Below, piece by piece: positions 11,222-20,916 of a stretch of DNA of 64,000 nt. The first letter of the stretch is position 1, and every line of letters starts with the position of its first letter. Source of the stretch: Candidatus Bathyarchaeia archaeon (GTDB lineage: Archaea > Thermoproteota > Bathyarchaeia > Bathyarchaeales > Bathycorpusculaceae); the NCBI GenBank assembly GCA_049515895.1, contig JBEKTQ010000012.1:25026-89025 (forward strand), in the 5' to 3' direction. The notes below the pieces were generated by a model, which was not told the origin of the DNA, ran no database searches, and saw only the letters and a list, made by a program, of their open reading frames with translations. The position numbers and the translations under genes are program-made.

Positions 11222-11962
11222 TTAATACTCTGTTTCCAATATTATGCGCCTCAAAATTTCAGAGCCATGCTTAATTCCCAGTTTCTTCTCGCCTAATCTT
11301 GCTCGATATAAAATAGGAATTTCCTCGATGCGAAAACCTTTTCGTTCCACATGATGATTAAGCTCTACCTCGACGTCAAAGCCTTTGGATTTCACCTTCC
11401 AGTCTCTAAGAATTCCCGCACGCACGACACGCAACCCTGTCAACGGATCCTTTAATGAAACTCCGTTTAGTAAGTTATGAATAAAAGCAATCATACGGTT
11501 TCCAAAGTAAAGTATGTCATGCATCTCGTTGAGCGGATAGCTATTGTTAAACCTGTTTCCGCAGACCATGCCCACATCAGGGTTCTCCTCTAAAATCCGA
11601 ATCATCAAAGGAACGTATTCAGCAGGGTAAGTGTAATCTGCGTCTGTGATGACAACGTAATCAGCTGTTAAATCCGAATGATTAAGGCCTTTCGCCAACG
11701 CGTCGCCTTTGCCAAGTCCATCCTGGAAAACTACGTCGGCGCCAAGGTTCTTGGCAGTCTCGACGGTTCGATCAGTGCTTTTGCCATCAACTACCAAAAT
11801 CCGAGGATACTTTAAAGTCTTGGTAAGCTCGGTTATAGTGAGGCCTATGCCTTCTTCCTCGTTCAACGCAGCTATAATAACCTGCATCGAAGGAATACGC
11901 AGAATTTTTCCGGTCGCCACTTTTTCACCAATTAAGAAACAATCATGTGCGCTAAAACACAT
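11222..11962 (-). CDS. Glycosyltransferase family 2
   Basis: ALNEEEGI, VDGKSTD, GKGDA, TDADYTY. Confidence 0.9.
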   Translation of the reverse strand: MCFSAHDCFLIGEKVATGKILRIPSMQVIIAALNEEEGIGLTITELTKTLKYPRILVVDGKSTDRTVETAKNLGADVVFQDGLGKGDALAKGLNHSDLTADYVVITDADYTYPAEYVPLMIRILEENPDVGMVCGNRFNNSYPLNEMHDILYFGNRMIAFIHNLLNGVSLKDPLTGLRVVRAGILRDWKVKSKGFDVEVELNHHVERKGFRIEEIPILYRARLGEKKLGIKHGSEILRRIILETEY

Positions 11963-11968
11963 TTTTTG

Positions 11969-12364
11969 TTAGCCAACACACTGTTCAGGGTGGTTCTTGT
12001 TGTTCATGCACATGCTTTCCAGATGCAGCCTGCTCTTCTCGGTCTCGACCACTTGTTCGCCTAGTCGCCGTGTTCGCGTTAGATATTCAGTGTGAGTTTG
12101 AAGAAACTCCTTTCCTTTAGGAGTGATCAAATAGAAAGCGCCGTCAAAAGACTCAACCAAACCGTTTTCCAATAGGCTTTGAAGGTACCGTTCGACTTGA
12201 ACAAAACTCAAGTTGGCCTGATACATGATCCTGGTCTTCCGCGCCTTCACGGATGCAATAACAAGTATCTCGCCAACAATATCCAATTTGCCTCGATTCT
12301 TTTTCTTTCCATTTCCAAAAGGAACTGACAGAACAAACACCTCTGCATTACTTTGAAAAACCAA
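11969..12364 (-). CDS. Winged helix-turn-helix regulator (archaeal HTH_45-like)
   Basis: RGKLDIVGEIL...KTRIMYQANLS...ITPKGKEFL. Confidence 0.85.
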   Translation of the reverse strand: MVFQSNAEVFVLSVPFGNGKKKNRGKLDIVGEILVIASVKARKTRIMYQANLSFVQVERYLQSLLENGLVESFDGAFYLITPKGKEFLQTHTEYLTRTRRLGEQVVETEKSRLHLESMCMNNKNHPEQCVG

Positions 12365-12417
12365 CTATCCAAGAAGAACTCTGAAAAGAAATTTTCGAAA
12401 ACCACTTGGGCTCTTGG

Positions 12418-12972
12418 CTACAGGTGGAGCCAACCTCTGCCACTTTTTTTAATCTGCGCGTTTTTCCCACGGCGTTGAGGCCACCACATCTCAGCTCTAA
12501 ATTTCTGAGCGCGAGTCTGCTTGTTTAACACTGTGCTGGCAAACTTTTTCCATCCGCCCTCTGAAGGATGTGGACCAAAAACCCGCTCGATATTCTGAAC
12601 ATTGTAAGAACTTAAAATCTCCTTCAGATTCAACGCTTTAAAATCTCTGGTGGCCACAATCACGGTGCCCCGCTCTACAGCCAACAACGAAAAACTCCGA
12701 TCCGCCATGCCTTCTGCGCGGACCTTGTCGTCGATACGGTCTCGCCAAAGCAACTTCCACTCCTCTTTAACTTTCTGCGCTTCAACCTTTGGAACTTCGG
12801 CATTCATTCTCGTTACCACTGTCCTATCCCCCCGTGATTCGGAGCGGAGCGGACTGTAGATTCCGTCTTCACTAATCAAGAAGCATAGCATTCCAATTTT
12901 ATAAAACATGTAGGACCTTAAGTAGAGACCAAAGAGCATACTCCAAAAGTAGGGTCCACAGGTACAGCTCAA
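12418..12972 (-). CDS. Hypothetical protein
   Basis: Long ORF co-oriented with the cluster; true start likely internal. Confidence 0.55.
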   Translation of the reverse strand: MSCTCGPYFWSMLFGLYLRSYMFYKIGMLCFLISEDGIYSPLRSESRGDRTVVTRMNAEVPKVEAQKVKEEWKLLWRDRIDDKVRAEGMADRSFSLLAVERGTVIVATRDFKALNLKEILSSYNVQNIERVFGPHPSEGGWKKFASTVLNKQTRAQKFRAEMWWPQRRGKNAQIKKSGRGWLHL

Positions 12973-13105
12973 AAGTACTAGTTATTCACCGGATTTCTTC
13001 TAGAAAAACAGGGTCGAAAAGTACAGAAAAAAAACAGGTTAAGGCGCTATTACACGTTCTACTTGATTTAAATGCGTTTCCGCTGATATTGAGCTAAGAA
13101 AACTC

Positions 13106-13321
13106 TTGACGATTGAAAAATTCTTCAAAATCCTCAAAGACGGAGAATGGCACGACTTAACCGACCTATCAGTCCAAATCGAGGTGCAAACAAACAAACT
13201 GACCGAGCTCTCACAGTTCCTATCCAAACACGGCGTCATCATATACGAAGAGAAAGCTCACAGAATCAAAATCGAACCCGAATGGCAAAACCTTCTCCCA
13301 GACGAAATCGAAGCCACGTGA
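13106..13321 (+). CDS. Small wHTH-like protein
   Basis: ILKDGEWHDLTDLS...FLSKHGVI pattern. Confidence 0.6.
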   Translation: MTIEKFFKILKDGEWHDLTDLSVQIEVQTNKLTELSQFLSKHGVIIYEEKAHRIKIEPEWQNLLPDEIEAT

Positions 13322-13458
13322 CGAACAATTATTCCGTCTGAAAGACTGTCAAAACTTAATATGCTCAGATCAGCAACATCAGCAAAACCAAATCAGAGGT
13401 TAGTATCTGAAGCAATAGGGGAATTTAAGAAGTAGTCACGCGCGCTGGACTTAACCTT

Positions 13459-13513
13459 TTTCGGGTCGTAACCTTATGGGACCCAAACTATTTCGGGTCG
13501 TAAGCTTATGGGA
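13459..13513. repeat. 23-bp direct repeat, 32-bp period
   Basis: TTTCGGGTCGTAACCTTATGGGA (13459-13481) vs TTTCGGGTCGTAAGCTTATGGGA (13491-13513), 1 mismatch. Confidence 0.9.
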
Positions 13514-13993
13514 TTGTAACACTATATTTTTTCGCGGGTTATTTATTTCTGTCGCATAGAGTCAAGAGTTTGCTGAATTTTCAGCGCGCATTTCTTGCTT
13601 CTTTTGATTGGCTTTTCTAACCACATTTTGTGCATGATTCCTATATTTCAAAACCTTTCCAGCATACTTAGTTTCTTTATGTTTATTCTCTCAAACAGCG
13701 GGCGTAAGTCGGACCGACTTGCCCCAAACGGGTACGAGCCCCTACTCCATGGATTACACGGTTGCGCCTCTCTTCAAATTCTTATCGTAGTACTCGCGCC
13801 GGAAGGGGGATCCTAGCCCCAATTTGCCATGAAAATCGTTGGGTTAACCATAGATATTTTCATGCCACTTCTATTGAAGTTTGCTTCATGAGCTTTACCA
13901 GTAAAAATCGGATTGCGCGGCTATTTTATATTCTATTGCAAATCTTGGATGAAATTTGCTCTACGATGAGCCAGTTAATTTGGTTTTGCGCCT

Positions 13994-16900
13994 TTGATGC
14001 AAAGCTTTTCAACCAGTTGCGGGCTAATATATCACCGGTTAGGGAGCATGTCCTCAAGCGTGAACGGAATAATCAGTTGCGCTGAAGAGCGAGAAAGTGT
14101 TTATGATTGGATAGGCGCTGTTGAATTCTACCTGAAAGCCTTAGATGCTTTGTCTGAGCAGGATTTTTCGAGACAAGGAGAGATATGTAAACTAGCTGGT
14201 TTCGCGTATGTAAGGGCAGCTATGCAAGCTGAGGACACGAGCGAGTTTAAGAAATTAATGGGCGAAGCTGATGTATTCTATCAAAAGGCAATGGAGCTTT
14301 ACGGCAGGGTGCCTGCAAACAAAGGCAGGGCATGGTTAGTTCATTGCCAAGCAATGATTACTTACATAAGGCATTGGCTAGCCACCGGGGCAGCGGAAAA
14401 GCAGAAATTAATTAAGGAATGTTGGCAGCTAACAAAAGAAGCTCTGAAAGCCTTCGAGGAATCGGACAATTCCGTAGAGTATGCGAAGACTTACAATGAA
14501 CTTTCGTTAAGCGCTTTTCTGGAATTTGTCTCTGAGTGGGATTTTCAAACAGCAAGGAAGATTATCAAAGAAGCGACTGAAGCTGGAGAGCGAGCGATCA
14601 ATTTGCTTTCGCGTACGCCTGATAAACGAGAGTTGACGAGGACCTACGTAAGAACTGCCTTTTATCGTTCTGCATTTGGCTATTACTTTGCTCCCGAAAT
14701 GGAAGGAAAAGAACAAGCGCGCAAAGTTGGGCAAGATTTCTGGTTAAAAGCCAAGGATCTCTCAGAAGAAGAGGCTTTTCTGGAACTCTCCAGAATACCC
14801 AGCGCAAAATGTGACGAATATGGCTGGAGCATGGATGAAATGCTGACCAACCATGGCAAAGCCTTCGATTACGCGAAAAGAACTAGAGACAAGTTTATGA
14901 TGGGAATAGCGCTCGATTGGCTTTTATATGCTACGGGCTGGAAGGCAATAAGGACCGATAATCCCGATAAGAAGCGTGAACTCTTTCAAAAAGCTCTGAG
15001 GTACGCGGAAGAAGTCAAAAGGCTGTTCTCACCAATGTGTTTCATTAGTGCTAGGGCTGATCTGCTATGGTCAGGGGCGCCTATTATTGAGTACAATTTT
15101 TTTGTAGCCGACTTGGAAACTGATTTGAAGAAACGGCGTAATTTGTTGGAAAGCGCTGTAACATATGAATCTGAGGCGACAAACGAAGCGGAAGACGCTG
15201 GATATCCGACGGTCATTGAATATGTACATCACGCAGTTAGCAAAGCTCAAGCATCCCTTGCCAAAATGGAAACCATCAGAGAACGGAAAAAATGCCTTCT
15301 CGAAAGTGCTCTTCAACATAGGAAAAAGGATATAGAGATTTCCGAACAGGTTCATCCTTTCATCTATTGGGACACCGGCGTTGTATGGAACTATTTGGCT
15401 GATCTAGAGCTGGAACTGTCCAACCTTGAGGAAAACATGCCGCGTAGAAAAGAAATGCTTGAAAGCGCTGTCTCTCATAAGAATCGAGCACTACAACTAG
15501 CAATCAAGGAAATTCAGTACTGGGAAAACTTGGGGGAGCTATCATTTTTTGCAGCTCTTGGTGGCTATCAATATACTTGCGGCGACTTGCTAATTCACCT
15601 TCACATTTTAACCAATGACAATAACTATTTGAAGGAAGCAGTAAAGGTTCTTGTCGGAGCTGCTGATTCATACCGAAAGCTGACCCTGCACAGCAGAGTT
15701 GCTGAATGCTATTGGAAAGTTGCAAGAAGTCTAGACACAATTGGCGATCATTTAGAAGCCGCCGAAAACTTCAAAATCGCCTCAAAGAATTACGCGAGCG
15801 CATCCGAAAAAATAATGCAGTTCAAAGAATTCTATCAAGACTACGCAATTTACATGGAAGCTTGGAGCGAGATCGAGAAAGCAAGATTCTATCACGAACG
15901 GCAAGAATACCGCTCCGCTTATGAGCACTTCGAAAAAGCGGCAACCCTGCATGAAAACACCAAACGATGGGCATATTTAGCTCCAAACTACCGTGCCTGG
16001 ACTCAACTTGAGTGCGCCGAGGATTTGAGTAGAAAAGAGCAGAGCGAAGAAGCTCTCGAAGCTTTTGAAGAAGCTGCCCAGCGATTCATCAAGACGAAAG
16101 AATCTCTCAGGAAAGAACTCAGGAAAACTGAGGACCCGGGAGAAAAGCAGACGATCACAGAGATGGTTACCGCAACCGAACCACGACTTGAATATTGCAG
16201 AGCGAGAACATACATTGAAGAAGCAAAAATCCTTGACAAGAAAGGAGAACACTATTCTAGCTCGCAAAAGTACGGTTCAGCGAGTGACAGCTTCAAAAAA
16301 GCACAAGAAATGATAGAATCACCAAAAGACAAAAAGGAATTCGAACTAATAGCCAAGCTTTCTGAGGCGTGGCAAGAAATGACCAGTGCCGAGGCAGACG
16401 CATCGCTAACAGGTTACTTGCGGGCTTCCCGCCTTTTTGAGGAGGTGAAAGAACTCAGCTTAAATGAGAAAACAAAAATGCTTGTGTTGGCTCACAGCCG
16501 CTTTTGTTTGGCATTAGCTGCGGGAACAGAATTTATTGATACGCGCGATAGGGAACTCCACGATAAGACTATTCATCACTTAGAAAGCGCGGCTAATTAC
16601 TACCTAAAAGCTGGCTTCGAAAAAGCGTCGGAATATGCTGAGGCAACCGAACTGCTCTTTGACGCTTATATACACATAGACGACGCTAAAAGAGAAGCAG
16701 ATCCTGAGAAAAAAGTAAGACTCTATGCGATGGCAGAAAAGGTTTTGCAAACCTCTGCGGGGTCATTCGCCAGGGCGGAGCATCTTGAAAAAAGAGATCA
16801 GGTTTCCGCGTTGCTGGAGACAGTACGACAGGAACGAGAATTGGCTTTGTCCCTAAATGAGATATTGCATGCTCCTTCATTGGTTTCGACAACTTCCACT

Positions 16901-17662
16901 TTTGCTACGCCACCTCCGACATATGAAAAAGCTGTGGGCTTGGATCGGTTCGAACACACTGACATCCAAGCCAACTTATCCATGCCACAAGAGGTTGAAG
17001 TCGGTAGAGAGTTCGATGTTCGACTCGACTTAGTTAATGTCGCCAAAAACTTCGGGCTATTGGTTAGAGTTATTGGTTTGGTTCCCTCGGGGTTCAAAGT
17101 GGTTGACCTTCCATCACAATATTTGCTCCAAGAAGATTCGCTGGAGATTAAAGGCAAACGACTCGATCCGCTTAAGGTTGAATCGATAAAAGTCAGTTTG
17201 CAGGCTACTGCCGTTGGTTCTTTCAACATAAAACCGCAGGTGATCTATGTTGACAACGCAGGAAATTTCAGAACATGCAAACCTGATCAAGTAACGTTGA
17301 CAACATATCCACAGCTCGAATTTGAGTTCAAGAATGAAGGTGCTCGGAAGGCTTTTGCATTTTTGACAAAAGCTTTCATCGATGACTACATGCATCGGAG
17401 GTTGCCTCTGGAGAAGTCAGGCTGGAAGACGATGATGGACATAGTCAGACAAGGAAAAATTCCACAGTACAGCGTTTATGGTACTAAAGGGCAACGTGGA
17501 ACGGCAATTGCTGAACTGGAACGGCGGGGCATAGTTGAAGCCAGAGTTTTTTCTGGTGAAAGAGGCCGTGGAGGCAAGATACTGAAGATCAGGGTTTTCT
17601 ACGAGAAAGAAATCGTCAAAAGGCAAATCGACCAGCAAGTAATGAAAAATCAACAAAAATGA
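13994..17662 (+). CDS. Large TPR-like alpha-solenoid protein with C-terminal Ig-like and wHTH-like domains
   Basis: About 950 aa of Ala/Glu/Lys/Tyr helical repeats, a beta-rich segment (EVEVGREFDVRLDLVNV...PQVIYVD), and a basic C-terminus (IAELERRGIVEARVFSGERGRGG). Confidence 0.75.
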   Translation: MMQSFSTSCGLIYHRLGSMSSSVNGIISCAEERESVYDWIGAVEFYLKALDALSEQDFSRQGEICKLAGFAYVRAAMQAEDTSEFKKLMGEADVFYQKAMELYGRVPANKGRAWLVHCQAMITYIRHWLATGAAEKQKLIKECWQLTKEALKAFEESDNSVEYAKTYNELSLSAFLEFVSEWDFQTARKIIKEATEAGERAINLLSRTPDKRELTRTYVRTAFYRSAFGYYFAPEMEGKEQARKVGQDFWLKAKDLSEEEAFLELSRIPSAKCDEYGWSMDEMLTNHGKAFDYAKRTRDKFMMGIALDWLLYATGWKAIRTDNPDKKRELFQKALRYAEEVKRLFSPMCFISARADLLWSGAPIIEYNFFVADLETDLKKRRNLLESAVTYESEATNEAEDAGYPTVIEYVHHAVSKAQASLAKMETIRERKKCLLESALQHRKKDIEISEQVHPFIYWDTGVVWNYLADLELELSNLEENMPRRKEMLESAVSHKNRALQLAIKEIQYWENLGELSFFAALGGYQYTCGDLLIHLHILTNDNNYLKEAVKVLVGAADSYRKLTLHSRVAECYWKVARSLDTIGDHLEAAENFKIASKNYASASEKIMQFKEFYQDYAIYMEAWSEIEKARFYHERQEYRSAYEHFEKAATLHENTKRWAYLAPNYRAWTQLECAEDLSRKEQSEEALEAFEEAAQRFIKTKESLRKELRKTEDPGEKQTITEMVTATEPRLEYCRARTYIEEAKILDKKGEHYSSSQKYGSASDSFKKAQEMIESPKDKKEFELIAKLSEAWQEMTSAEADASLTGYLRASRLFEEVKELSLNEKTKMLVLAHSRFCLALAAGTEFIDTRDRELHDKTIHHLESAANYYLKAGFEKASEYAEATELLFDAYIHIDDAKREADPEKKVRLYAMAEKVLQTSAGSFARAEHLEKRDQVSALLETVRQERELALSLNEILHAPSLVSTTSTFATPPPTYEKAVGLDRFEHTDIQANLSMPQEVEVGREFDVRLDLVNVAKNFGLLVRVIGLVPSGFKVVDLPSQYLLQEDSLEIKGKRLDPLKVESIKVSLQATAVGSFNIKPQVIYVDNAGNFRTCKPDQVTLTTYPQLEFEFKNEGARKAFAFLTKAFIDDYMHRRLPLEKSGWKTMMDIVRQGKIPQYSVYGTKGQRGTAIAELERRGIVEARVFSGERGRGGKILKIRVFYEKEIVKRQIDQQVMKNQQK

Positions 17663-17871
17663 ATAAGGCTATCACGGGCTCTAATTTAAGTAATCGGGCA
17701 TATGTCATCATTATTATGCTTTTAAATCTGGTTTGCTTCTCTTTTTGACATAATAATCTTGAATACAGCCTATTTCCAAATTCGGCCTCTTCTTTTTTAC
17801 TTATTATTTCGTGGAAAATACCTACATAATTTTGCGGCTATAGCAATATCCAGGCAAAAGGAGCGATTAGA

Positions 17872-18099
17872 ATGGAAAATAAATTGAAGGAAAGACTGCA
17901 TCAGAACAGACTACTGGGAATTACAAAATCTATTTGGAAGCCTAACAAAAGGATTGGAATCTCTACAGACAATATCCCCGAATCTCTAGCCAAATCTGTC
18001 ATTTACGAAGCGTCAAAAGAATACAAGTCTGCAATGGCAGACATCGAGATTAGACGATCTGAAGCAATAATAGAAGCTCGCCGCGTCAACATTCGATGA
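17872..18099 (+). CDS. Small hypothetical protein
   Basis: 75-aa ORF preceded by AGGAG. Confidence 0.55.
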   Translation: MENKLKERLHQNRLLGITKSIWKPNKRIGISTDNIPESLAKSVIYEASKEYKSAMADIEIRRSEAIIEARRVNIR

Positions 18100-18620
18100 G
18101 CTTATCGAAGATGAGTCTTTCAATCATCTTCATTCCTAAGCACCATAAATGTTCCTAACTCTTTGTGGTCTGCAGCATGTACCCAACAGCGTTGCTTCAA
18201 AATGTGATTCCAAGATAGTCAAGTAAACCAGCGTTCTTACAATTAAAAAAGTTCCGATAATATCGGCCAACCTAATTGGGAGTTAAATAGTCCTAAATTC
18301 CCATTGTAAATAAAAGAGACGCTGACCTGTCAGGACTATATTTTTTTGGACAGTTTGCTGCGGGACGCATTAATGAAGAGATGCGCAGAGTAGGCGAGCT
18401 CGTCAAAATTGTTGATCGCAGCAGGATCCTCTTCCAAACTAAAGAAGATCTTTTCATATGCCTTGAATCGATTGATCGACCATCTGAAACTCGCCATTGA
18501 AGCTTGGGGATTGAACCCGAAGCGCACTGGCTTCTATGTCTCAGGTTTTCTTGAAACTTTACCTCGAGAATATGTATTTATTTGAAGGCACATCAAATGG
18601 GATTTTGAAGGTCTAAAAAA

Positions 18621-19342
18621 TTGAAGGGAGGAGTTCTTGTCATTGGTTCTCTTCTTTGGGATGACAGTGAAAACCGAGTAAGATGGCGGGAGAAAAACTT
18701 GGATATTGAAAGCAAGTTTCAGGTTTATCTTCCGATCCGTTACGGCAGACTATCCAGTACTCGAAATAATACATACACAATGGTTTTTTCAAACAAATGC
18801 TATTCAAAAAACTACGGTCTAGGAAAAGGCTGGATAATACCGATAGCAGCTGAAATAGATTCATTTGATGATCTAAAAAAGAAGCTAGCGAAATGGGTAA
18901 AGCAGAGGGTTTTGCAGACGGTTTCTCTTCATTCTGGGGGGCAGTAGCGATTAAATTTAATCCATACAAGAAGACCAACACATCGCTTGAGAAAGAATGG
19001 ACCAGCTTTGTAGCAAACAAACTATCAGGTCACCAGTTGCTGAGTGCAAATTTGAAGACGGAGAGAGCTGCTGTGGGTTCGAAAGGTTTTCTTACCATCA
19101 GATGGCCTTCGGTAACAAATTTGGAAAATCAAAGTGAAGATGTAGATTTTGTCGTCTCTACTGTAACAAAGCCAACGTTTTACAAGGGCAGATATCCAAC
19201 GATTTACCAGATAGCAAATTCGATGTACAAATCAAACTACTATGAGTATTTTCTCAGAAACAGGCAAAATGGCATAATTACCTTCCAAGACCAACGTATT
19301 CTTGACAGAATAAACTATCTCCAATCTTTGATCAGTCATTAG
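18621..19342 (+). pseudogene. Gamma-glutamylcyclotransferase-like gene split by a -1 frameshift
   Basis: N-terminal VIGSLLWD (GGCT YGSL-like); two overlapping ORFs join at the A6 run 18875-18880 into about 240 aa. Confidence 0.6.
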
Positions 19343-19482
19343 CAGTGCCAACGACTGCAGAGGGGGCCGTTGGGTCCCGAACCCAAAGTCTGGTGGAACT
19401 TAGACTGTAGCGACTTTCTCGATTTAAGCTTGCTAACTTCTGACCCCTATTTGAATAGCCCTCTTCAGATCGAGCGCATGAT

Positions 19483-20130
19483 TTAATGAAGTAATGACAA
19501 GGGTCTATGGGCAATCCACCAGGCGAACTGGTCAACTATTCTCAATTCGCATGAGTTGTGCTTTGCAGCTAACCTTGATATTGTGGAACCATATTTTTCT
19601 TTAAGGTCTTTTATGTCATTCATGAAATCGTAATAATCCTCAGCGGAGAAATCTTTTATTTTTCCTGTTGTAGAGCGTTCGTTTTTGAAGGCCGCCGCAA
19701 TAGCTCTATCCCACAATGGAAAGAACTTGGGACAAACTAAATGCATGGTTTTTACGGCGCCAATTGGACCTAAAATGCTTTCAAAGGAGCGATAATGTTC
19801 TTTTATCTTTTTCTCGTACTGTTTTATGTTTATTTGCATTAGGTCAGTTTTTCTCAGTTCTTCAAGTTCACTGCATTTTGAGCTTATAAGAGTTTCAACC
19901 CTTTTTTCCCAACCTTTATATTTGTCTTGACCGAGTACTCGACCCATTCTGCCCCAAACATAAAGGAAGCTCCGAATTGTCTCGATGTCAACACCGTTCA
20001 AAATACCTTTTTTGCTGAACGTTCTGCAGAAATCATTATAATCCTTTTCATCGTCTTCTTCTGAAAATTTTTCTACACATTTTACAATAATCCACTTCTT
20101 CTCTTCCAAATCCATTTGAGTGCACCCCAT
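19483..20130 (-). CDS. HhH/DNA-glycosylase-fold hypothetical protein
   Basis: GPIGAVKTMHLVCPKFFPLWDRAI and terminal LRIVDQFAW motifs. Confidence 0.55.
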   Translation of the reverse strand: MGCTQMDLEEKKWIIVKCVEKFSEEDDEKDYNDFCRTFSKKGILNGVDIETIRSFLYVWGRMGRVLGQDKYKGWEKRVETLISSKCSELEELRKTDLMQINIKQYEKKIKEHYRSFESILGPIGAVKTMHLVCPKFFPLWDRAIAAAFKNERSTTGKIKDFSAEDYYDFMNDIKDLKEKYGSTISRLAAKHNSCELRIVDQFAWWIAHRPLSLLH

Positions 20131-20349
20131 TTTGAATCGCCTTTAGAATAATTGACCGCCTGGCAAAAGAGTTTTTCGTGCGAGATTATAGTGGGCTTTA
20201 GCCCTTCTGCTAACTTTGGTTCAAAAAAATGGTATATGTGAGCATATGCATAGGTTTCTCCCGGGCTACAATGGTGGCCTAGTTGGGACAACTTTTTCAA
20301 ATTCTCGGTCATCAGCCTATGGAAGAAATTACGTTTTTAAGATGCGCAA

Positions 20350-20670
20350 TTAGCTCACATTTGTCTCCTTGACCTGTCTACAATATTCTCTTAGCCACTT
20401 TTCAAAAGCATTAACCCCTCTATACTCTTTGTACCAGTTGCTTTCGCTCGTTTTGTGTAGTAGCCCATATGATACCACTCTTTCAAGATGGTCATACATG
20501 CTTTTTTGCTCTTCTTTAGGTATGTTTGCTTTTTCCATGATATGTTTAAAGCTGAAAGTATCATCTAAGCTATCATAGACCCTCACTATTCGCTTGTCAA
20601 TAACCACTCTGAAGCTTTTGTCATTCTTCTTTGCCATTTTCAACCACCGACCCAGATTCTGCTCCATCAA
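20350..20670 (-). CDS. Hypothetical wHTH-like protein
   Basis: Basic ORF with LERVVSYGLLHK wing pattern. Confidence 0.5.
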   Translation of the reverse strand: MMEQNLGRWLKMAKKNDKSFRVVIDKRIVRVYDSLDDTFSFKHIMEKANIPKEEQKSMYDHLERVVSYGLLHKTSESNWYKEYRGVNAFEKWLREYCRQVKETNVS

Positions 20671-20916
20671 TTTTTAAGCTCATCGGTGAATTTCCGCTAC
20701 TAGAACGATTTTCCCATATATACAAAGCTAAACCAAAAACCACTAGTGGAATTCAACCGATAAAACCATGAAAGAATGGATTTTTTACAGTTTGGGCATG
20801 GTGGCTGATACCATGTTGATTGAAAACAACCAGGGTTTGGTTTGTCGGAAAAACTCTGAGTCTGAGTTTATGCCTTCCAAACAACACTTTTTCGTTGTTT
20901 TACTCAGTGGCCCTAA

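Noticed and set aside
13459-13513. Possible mini-CRISPR
   Set aside because: Only two repeats with a 9-bp gap and no cas genes; no CRISPR array seen anywhere in the window
13737-13750. GAGCCCCTACTCCAT resembling a group II intron 3' end
   Set aside because: No domain V upstream and no RT/maturase in the window
13760-13790. CTTCAAA resembling a tRNA-Sec anticodon loop
   Set aside because: Flanks do not pair into an anticodon stem and there is no T arm
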